Shown here: one piece after another, positions 7,755 through 13,961 of the stretch | How positions within the stretch are numbered: position 1 is the stretch's first letter | How the letters are laid out: each line of letters starts with the position of its first letter | NCBI GenBank assembly: GCA_038257035.1 | Contig: JBBSJT010000064.1 | Coordinates: 1-13,961, forward strand | DNA: 13,961 nt | Source: Chlamydiia bacterium | GTDB taxonomy: Bacteria > Chlamydiota > Chlamydiia > Chlamydiales > Parachlamydiaceae | Reading direction: 5' to 3' | The notes under the pieces: generated by a model | What the model was told of the DNA's origin: nothing | Database searches by the model: none | Seen by the model: the letters and a program-made list of their open reading frames with translations, nothing else | Made by a program: the position numbers and the translations under genes

Positions 7755-7783
7755 ATTATAAAAAAGTCATTTATTAAAGTCAA
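7755..7783 (-). promoter_or_regulatory. Sigma70(sigma66)-type promoter TTGACT-N17-TATAAT for paralogs D and C
   Basis: On the minus strand, TTGACT at 7783-7778, 17-nt spacer, TATAAT at 7760-7755. Confidence 0.8.
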
Positions 7784-7881
7784 ACTGTATAGAATAATCG
7801 AATTTAGGAATTCATAATGCCTGTTTTTCAAATAATAATTTGCTTTTCTCTCTACTATATGATAAAACATGGTGTTATTAT

Positions 7882-7992
7882 TGTAGCGTAGGTTTTAACC
7901 TGCGCATGTTTCAACGGGTTTTAACCCGTTGTATTAGTTAGATAGCAGGTTAAAACCTGCTAAAACAAGCGCAGGCTAAAGCCTACGCTACA
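7882..7992. repeat. REP-like four-hairpin palindromic element with GTAG/CTAC ends (family 2b)
   Basis: tGTAGcgtagg...cctacgCTACa. 9-bp hairpins at 7886-7905 and 7912-7931 (TT loops) and at 7943-7962 and 7969-7988 (AA loops). Confidence 0.9.
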
Positions 7993-8001
7993 GGGTAAAC
8001 G

Positions 8002-9090
8002 ATGACTATTGACTTTCAAGCTTTTTTTATTCTACTTCCATTCTTAGGATTGGTCTGGACTTTTTACAAATGGTCCAAGAGATTTAATGAGCCCTCCCTT
8101 CTTTTTCCTGATCTTGTCCTATTTTCAACGAGTGAACCCATAAGCTTTAAACAAAAGTATGCCTTCTTACCAAAAGCTTGTTTATGGATTGCATTTACTC
8201 TATTAGCTTTGAGCTTCATTGACCCTCACTATTTCGTCATAAAAGATGGAGCCATTGATGACTCTCAAAAATTTGAAGGTATTGCCATTTACCTGATTGC
8301 TGATGAGTCTGGCTCCATGATGGGGGATGTGAACGCAAGAGACGTTACCGGCAGCTATTCTAAAATGAGAAAAATTGATCTATTAAAAAAAGTGACTGTC
8401 CCTTTCATTAAAAATAGACCCGATGATTTGATTGGCCTTGTCTCTTTTGCAAGGACTGCGGATGTTCGTTCTCCTCTTACACTTGATCATCAAACCGTGA
8501 TCGATGAAATTTTGGCACTTGCCCCATCTATAAATGAGGAACAGGGTGGAACAGCCATTGGTTTTGCCGTTTTTAAAACAGTAAATTTGATTGTTGCTAC
8601 CAAACATTTTGCAAATGATCTGATAAAGGAAGGCAAGCCCGCCTATGAAATTAAAAACGCGATCATTGTCTTAATAACGGATGGTGTTCAAAATGTAAAT
8701 CCAAGAGACGTAAATGACAAATTCCGTTCCATGGATGTAACGGAAGCAGCTAAATATGCAAAAGAAAACAATGTTCGCTTTTACGCCATTAACATCGACC
8801 CTTCCATTTTGACATCAAAATTTACACCCGAAAGAAACTTAATGCAGCGTGTCACAGAATCTACCGGGGGTCATTTTTATGTGATCGATAATTCAACTTC
8901 GCTTTCCAAAATTTATGATGAGATCAATAAAATTGAAAAAAGTGAAATTCAAAACATTCCCCTTTCAAAAGCTGAACAACCGGAACTTTATCAACGTGTT
9001 TCATTTTTCCCCTATCTTCTTCTTACTTCTTTAAGCTTTCTTTTTCTTTATGTTTTATTAGAAACATTTATTTTTAAGAGGGTTCCATGA
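8002..9090 (+). CDS. batA: BatA-like vWA domain membrane protein
   Basis: N-terminal TMs, MIDAS DESGSM, RPDDLIGLVSFA...SPLTLDH, GTAIG, LITDG, IYDEINKIEKS, C-terminal TM. First gene of the bat cluster. Confidence 0.88.
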   Translation: MTIDFQAFFILLPFLGLVWTFYKWSKRFNEPSLLFPDLVLFSTSEPISFKQKYAFLPKACLWIAFTLLALSFIDPHYFVIKDGAIDDSQKFEGIAIYLIADESGSMMGDVNARDVTGSYSKMRKIDLLKKVTVPFIKNRPDDLIGLVSFARTADVRSPLTLDHQTVIDEILALAPSINEEQGGTAIGFAVFKTVNLIVATKHFANDLIKEGKPAYEIKNAIIVLITDGVQNVNPRDVNDKFRSMDVTEAAKYAKENNVRFYAINIDPSILTSKFTPERNLMQRVTESTGGHFYVIDNSTSLSKIYDEINKIEKSEIQNIPLSKAEQPELYQRVSFFPYLLLTSLSFLFLYVLLETFIFKRVP

Positions 9091-11348
9091 ACTCTGCCGA
9101 TTTTCATTATGCTATTCCTAAATTTGTCACTTTAATTTTTTTCATTTTCCCTATTTTGAGCCTATTTTGGTCGCTTTATGTCTATCGCAAAAAAGCACTC
9201 CATCTCTTTTCATCAAAGAAGAATTCGGCAAAACTCATCATTGCAAGAAGTAACAATCTTTCTAAAGTTATTGCTTTCTCCATAATTTGGATTTTGATCG
9301 TTTTGGCTTTAATGCAACCCAAAGGAGATGGTTATTATCCCGAGAGTTTAAAAAACCAGACTGAAACGACCAAATTAAAGGCACATGACTTAATTTTCAT
9401 GGTCGATGCATCAGCCTCAATGGCCATACAAGATGATCCGCTTGGTAAATCGCGTTTGGATCTTGCAAAAGAAATTGCAGATGAAATTATATCCAATTTA
9501 AAGGGAGAAAGCGCATCCCTTTATGCCTTTACATCGACTGCAACCAAAATATCTCCGCAAACACTCGATCTTTTTTTTGTCCGGATGATGCTAAGAGGCA
9601 TTTCCATAAATGAAGGTGGTCTTGCAGGCACTGATTTTCTTGCCACACTCCAAAACATTAAGGAGAAGCATTTTAAATCCACTACACATAAGCTTACAAC
9701 CCTTGTTATTTTATCTGATGGGCAAGACACCTTGCTAGAGACATTAACAGGTAATGAAGAAACTTTACGCCTCAATCAAATACTCAATTTAATTGGTGAT
9801 CCAAAAAAATTAAATTTGCGTGTTTTCACAATTGGGATCGGTAAAACAACTCCACAAGTTATCCCTGGGGTGCAATATCAAGGAAAACCCGTCTATTCTA
9901 AACTGGAAGCCAAGCTTTTAAAGCAATTAAGTGAAAAGGGAGAAGGCTTCTATTTTGATACCAATCAACTCTCCCCTCTTGAAATTTCAAAACAAATTTT
10001 GGAAAAGATAAATCAGGACAATGCCTTTTTAAAAACTGAAAAAAAAGATCCAAAAGAATCTTTGATTTACCGTCAATATTTTCAGGTTCTGCTTGCCCTC
10101 GCTCTTATACTTTTAATTTTTTACATTCTATTTCCAAATATTTCAATCTTGAGCATATTTTTGTGCTGCTTTATTATACCTTTAAGTGCCAATGAAGAAG
10201 ATTTAAAAAAAGCTGAAAATTATGTACAAGCTTCTAATTACGGCCAAGCTCTAAACATTTACCAAAACATGTTAAAAGATAAAAATCTGCCAAACTTTGA
10301 AAAAGCTATTGTCAAATATAACCAAGCAACGATTCATCTTTTTCAAAATGAATTGAAAGAAGCGATTGAAATATATGAATCTATACCACTTAAGGGCTCA
10401 CCTCCGCCCTTTTTAAAGCGCCGCATTTATACAAACCTTGCCCTTGCAAAATTTAACTTAAGTTTAGCAGAATCAATAGATGATAAAACTGAGTTAGAAA
10501 AAAAAGTTTATCTTTTAAAATCTGCCCAAGATGTTTTGGAAAAAGCTAGAAAAGCTGAATGCGAAAATCAAGCTCTAAAGGGAAGGCAGAAATGTATAGA
10601 GCCCCATGATTTGATTGAGCTTGAAATGCTTATTGAAAATGAACTGCAAAGCCTTTCCAAGCATGTAAATGTCGATGAGCTTTATAATACAAGTCGTACA
10701 AATATTAACGGAGAGTCTCTTGAAACTCTGCGTAAAAAAATAGACATCCTTGAATCGGATGCCTTGAAACTAAATCCTAAAGACTTAAAAGAATTAAACG
10801 CCCTCCTTTTAAAAGCAATTGAGGCAGAAGAACAAGCATTGATGATCACAAGGTTTTTAAGCCGCATTGAAAATCCTTTGCCTGATGCAGTGGAGCTTTT
10901 AAATGTAACACAGCAAAAAACAATCAAAATTGCCGATCATTATTTAGATTCTTTAAATAATCTGACACAACAATCTTTTAGAATTTTTGGGAAATGTCAA
11001 AAAAAACCATGGAATGAAATAGTCCCCTTGTATAATAAAGGATATGAAGCGGCAATTATAGCTTTAAAATTGATCGGTGAAAATTTAGAACAAGCATCAA
11101 TAAAACAAGAGGAAACGATTAAATTTTGGAAAGAAATTCTAAGGGTTAACGATAAAGACCAATCACAAAAAGAACAAGATAAACTTGAACCTGATACTGA
11201 AGAAAATAAAACTGATGCGGATCATGCTAAAAGCCGCCAAGAAAAAAGCGAAAGAGCTTTACAACTTTTACAAGAGATGCAAATGTCAGATAAACAACAA
11301 AACAATGTGCCCGTACAACTAAAAAAACAAGTTGATAAACCATGGTAA
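9087..11348 (+). CDS. batB: BatB-like vWA domain fused to a BatC-like TPR/coiled region
   Basis: ATGA overlap with batA. LALMQP, MIDAS DASASM, SRLDLAK, GTD, LSDG, then TM segments, TPR-like helices (YGQALNIYQ, YNQA...EAIEIYE) and a C-terminal DKPW. Confidence 0.82.
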   Translation: MNSADFHYAIPKFVTLIFFIFPILSLFWSLYVYRKKALHLFSSKKNSAKLIIARSNNLSKVIAFSIIWILIVLALMQPKGDGYYPESLKNQTETTKLKAHDLIFMVDASASMAIQDDPLGKSRLDLAKEIADEIISNLKGESASLYAFTSTATKISPQTLDLFFVRMMLRGISINEGGLAGTDFLATLQNIKEKHFKSTTHKLTTLVILSDGQDTLLETLTGNEETLRLNQILNLIGDPKKLNLRVFTIGIGKTTPQVIPGVQYQGKPVYSKLEAKLLKQLSEKGEGFYFDTNQLSPLEISKQILEKINQDNAFLKTEKKDPKESLIYRQYFQVLLALALILLIFYILFPNISILSIFLCCFIIPLSANEEDLKKAENYVQASNYGQALNIYQNMLKDKNLPNFEKAIVKYNQATIHLFQNELKEAIEIYESIPLKGSPPPFLKRRIYTNLALAKFNLSLAESIDDKTELEKKVYLLKSAQDVLEKARKAECENQALKGRQKCIEPHDLIELEMLIENELQSLSKHVNVDELYNTSRTNINGESLETLRKKIDILESDALKLNPKDLKELNALLLKAIEAEEQALMITRFLSRIENPLPDAVELLNVTQQKTIKIADHYLDSLNNLTQQSFRIFGKCQKKPWNEIVPLYNKGYEAAIIALKLIGENLEQASIKQEETIKFWKEILRVNDKDQSQKEQDKLEPDTEENKTDADHAKSRQEKSERALQLLQEMQMSDKQQNNVPVQLKKQVDKPW

Positions 11349-13120
11349 GATTGCTTCTCTTATTTATGCTATTTACATTTAATTTGGCAGCTCAAGACCT
11401 TGGAAGGGTTATTGTCACTTCCGAAATGAATTACACGCAGTTAATTACAGGCAACCCTCTAAGCGGTACTGTCACAATCACTCATGATAAGACTCTGAAA
11501 ATTGAGCCTAAATCCTTTAAGGTGGGTACTAAACCTCTTAAAGTGAAATTTTTAAATGATGTTGTGATTTCAGAATCTTCTCCACTGATCATTTCCATTT
11601 ATAGCTTCGAAATTCCGGCGTTATCGAAGGGTTTACATATCTTACCGGAAATTTCAGTAAGTGTCGGGGGAAAAACTTATAAATCTTACTCCACTACATT
11701 TGAAGTTTTTGACCAAGAGACGGCTCCACAACCAACACAACCGATACCCCAGGCCACAACACAACCTTCTAGTCCAAACAGGAATCCTGCAGCTACACCG
11801 GTTACCCCACAACCTCCTATCGTAACGGGCCCTTCTATTATTCCAGATACAACCCTATCTCTTGAAACCAAAGTGGATGGTCCCAAACAATTATATCCCG
11901 GTCAGGAAATTACTGTTACTTACAGATTTATTTATAAAGGTCACATTGAGCTTATAAAGGAGTCATTGCCATTATTGGAATTTCCCGGGCTAAAGAAGGT
12001 AGGAGATAAGGTAACCAAAGATTACATGGAAAACGATTTAAATGTTTCTGAATTTTCCCAAAAGTTTACAGCTGAAAATTCTGGAATTTTTCCTTCCGGC
12101 CCATCTATTGTCGAGGGTCGTGCCTATCAGGAAACAGCGGGAAAAAGAATCTATGCAACTACAACTCTAAAATCTGAAAACCCTCCTGTAATTATTGAGG
12201 TTCTGCCCTTTCCAAAGGCTGATAGGCCGGCAAGCTTTAATGGTTCGCTTGGAAGTTACACTTTCAAGGCTAGTTTAAAGGGTAAAAATACATTTACTCC
12301 CGGAGAAAAAATTGTCCTTTTGCTTGAGCTTGTCGGCGATCCTGCATTTTTACCTACAGCGAAGGCTCCTGACCTTTGCTGTCAGCCACGTTTTAGCGGA
12401 AATTTTAAAGCTAGTGATCTTCCTCCCATCAGCACCATTATCGGAAATACAAAACAATTTTTAGTCGATCTTATACCGTTATCTTCTACACTGACAGAAA
12501 TACCACCTATAGAATTTTCCTCTTTTGATCCTACCCTTGGCAAATTCCTAATTTCAAAAAGTCCCGCCATCCCTATTGTCCTGAATACAACAACTACACC
12601 GAATACATCGATTGATCAAGATGAGGAAATACCTGCGATTAGCGATGAAGTTCTTAAAACTCCAAGCCCGATCGAGATTTCGGCACTTTTTCCTCTAACA
12701 AAATCAGATTTATACAATTCTTATTTAGCATCGTTTTGGAATCTTTTATTTATTCCGGTTTTTGTTGTTTTGTTAATTACTCAGCATCACTTAAAAGAAG
12801 AAGATATTTTTAAACCTGCCCTTAAAGAAACCCCTAGTGAAGAGCTTTTTAAAAGTGCTTTGAGTCAGGAGGCAAATTCTGCAGAGTTTTACAAACAGCT
12901 TGAACAATCCTTCATGACAGCTTTAAAAGAGAAAGGGGTGATTGAATCTGTTGAAATTGCACCGGAGAATTTGGAAAAAACAGGGTTAGCAGGCGATGTC
13001 CGCATCTTTTTAACAAGACTTGAAGAGGTGCGCTTTTCAGGGATAAAAAGCTATAATTTGGCAATTATTTCTTCTGCAAAAGAACTTTATCAAAAGATTA
13101 CAGGAATTACGATTTCATGA
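11342..13120 (+). CDS. batD: BatD-like protein
   Basis: Signal peptide, beta-rich domains, P/T/Q linker, IEVLPFP..RPASFNGSLGSY and EIPPIEFSSFDP motifs, C-terminal TM. Overlaps the batB stop. Confidence 0.82.
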   Translation: MVRLLLLFMLFTFNLAAQDLGRVIVTSEMNYTQLITGNPLSGTVTITHDKTLKIEPKSFKVGTKPLKVKFLNDVVISESSPLIISIYSFEIPALSKGLHILPEISVSVGGKTYKSYSTTFEVFDQETAPQPTQPIPQATTQPSSPNRNPAATPVTPQPPIVTGPSIIPDTTLSLETKVDGPKQLYPGQEITVTYRFIYKGHIELIKESLPLLEFPGLKKVGDKVTKDYMENDLNVSEFSQKFTAENSGIFPSGPSIVEGRAYQETAGKRIYATTTLKSENPPVIIEVLPFPKADRPASFNGSLGSYTFKASLKGKNTFTPGEKIVLLLELVGDPAFLPTAKAPDLCCQPRFSGNFKASDLPPISTIIGNTKQFLVDLIPLSSTLTEIPPIEFSSFDPTLGKFLISKSPAIPIVLNTTTTPNTSIDQDEEIPAISDEVLKTPSPIEISALFPLTKSDLYNSYLASFWNLLFIPVFVVLLITQHHLKEEDIFKPALKETPSEELFKSALSQEANSAEFYKQLEQSFMTALKEKGVIESVEIAPENLEKTGLAGDVRIFLTRLEEVRFSGIKSYNLAIISSAKELYQKITGITIS

Positions 13121-13914
13121 AAATTAATCACCCTCTTATTTGGATTGGCATTGGAGTCTCTATTATTATTGCCATCTATTTTTTGGTTTCATCTTTAAGC
13201 ACTGTGGATCAAGACCTCATTCTTGCAGAAGCAAATTATAAAAAAGCTGAAACAGCAACCACTCTTAGCGAGCGTGAAGAGGGCTTTAACCAATCACTTC
13301 AAATTTATAAGAAACTTGAAAAAGATTACTCACCAACCCTTGGCAATGGAAAACTCTATTATAATATAGCTAATACATATTTTCAGCTTGGTCAATACCC
13401 TCTTGCTGTAGCTTATTATTTGCGTGCCAAAACTTTAATGCCAAATAATGAAAAGTTAGAACTTAATTTGAAAATCACAAAGAACAAACTAGGGACAGAG
13501 AGTGTAAAAAAAGCTTCTATTTTTGATAAGATTTTCTTTTTTCATAACTTTACAATGCCTCAAAAACTACAAGCCCTTTTTGTTTTATCAACGCTAGCGT
13601 TTATTTTAGGTTCTTGCTTCTTCTGGTACCCTTTTCATGGGCTAAAAACAATCACATTTATTGTCACTGCAGCATTATTGATTCTTCTTTTAAGTCTTTT
13701 TTATAGCTACTATATAGCTCCATCAGTTGGCGTGATCTTAAAAGCAAACGAGCTTTATCAAGATGCCGGAACACAGTATTCAAAAGTATTGAGTTCACCA
13801 TTAATTCCAGGGACAGAAGTTGATGTAATTGGGGGGTCGGGAAAATGGCTAAAAATCAAAACTGCAGACGGTGTTGTAGGCTACATCCCTTATGATTCCA
13901 TTCTGATCATCTGA
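13117..13914 (+). CDS. batE: BatE-like TPR + SH3-like domain membrane protein
   Basis: ATGA overlap with batD. TPR LYYNIANTYFQLGQYPLAVAYYLRAKTLMP, two TMs, SH3b-like PGTEVDVIGGSGKWLKIKTADGVVGYIP. Confidence 0.82.
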   Translation: MKINHPLIWIGIGVSIIIAIYFLVSSLSTVDQDLILAEANYKKAETATTLSEREEGFNQSLQIYKKLEKDYSPTLGNGKLYYNIANTYFQLGQYPLAVAYYLRAKTLMPNNEKLELNLKITKNKLGTESVKKASIFDKIFFFHNFTMPQKLQALFVLSTLAFILGSCFFWYPFHGLKTITFIVTAALLILLLSLFYSYYIAPSVGVILKANELYQDAGTQYSKVLSSPLIPGTEVDVIGGSGKWLKIKTADGVVGYIPYDSILII

Positions 13915-13924
13915 GACGTGTTTA

Positions 13925-13951
13925 ACCAAAGAGAACACAGAGATCACAGAG
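13925..13951 (+). repeat. Three imperfect 9-bp tandem units (accaaagag aacacagag atcacagag)
   Basis: Read directly, 10 nt after the batE stop. The element may continue beyond the window. Confidence 0.6.
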
Positions 13952-13961
13952 GAAGAATTAG

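Noticed and set aside
7840..7868. Possible batA promoter TTGCTT-N17-TAAAAC
   Set aside because: The -10 lacks the conserved final T, and such matches are common in AT-rich DNA.
3416..7992. Regularly spaced hairpins as CRISPR arrays
   Set aside because: Units are inverted rather than direct repeats, spacers are only about 5-11 nt, and no cas genes are present.
11719..11850. P/T/Q-rich stretch in batD as a repeat or insertion
   Set aside because: Ordinary low-complexity interdomain linker with no exact DNA repeat unit.
1272..12570. Short ORFs in the track (1272-1496, 2089-2283, 2163-2390, 4421-4642, 5615-5809, 5946-6137, 8383-8607, 9521-9775, 10682-10927, 11686-11886, 12382-12570)
   Set aside because: All are 62-84 aa, overlap longer well-supported genes on the opposite strand or in another frame, and have no recognisable motifs.
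1..13961. tRNA, rRNA, transposase, phage or defence genes
   Set aside because: No cloverleaf or rRNA signature and no DDE, HUH, integrase, RT or nuclease motifs recognised in any ORF.

Overview
AT-rich bacterial chromosomal window, probably from an environmental member of the Chlamydiota. This is an inference from the CT488-like phosphoesterase, the chlamydial-type DsbA-like gene, the bat genes and the eukaryote-like BTB domains. It contains: (i) the 3' end of an unidentified CDS; (ii) four paralogous genes in two convergent tandem pairs (477-3366 on +, 5319-7731 on -), each encoding a hydrophobic N-terminus, a BTB/POZ(Skp1)-like domain and a hydrophobic C-terminus, with matching TTGACT-N17-TATWAT promoters ahead of three of them; (iii) between the pairs, a calcineurin-like metallophosphoesterase and a DsbA-fold protein whose CxxC appears as SxxS; (iv) a batA-batB(C)-batD-batE cluster with no moxR/DUF58 directly upstream. 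Four large intergenic gaps each hold a structured REP/REPIN-like palindromic element, of two architectures. The two four-hairpin elements show clear compensatory base changes. No transposase is visible in the window. All domain calls come from reading motifs by eye; no searches were run.
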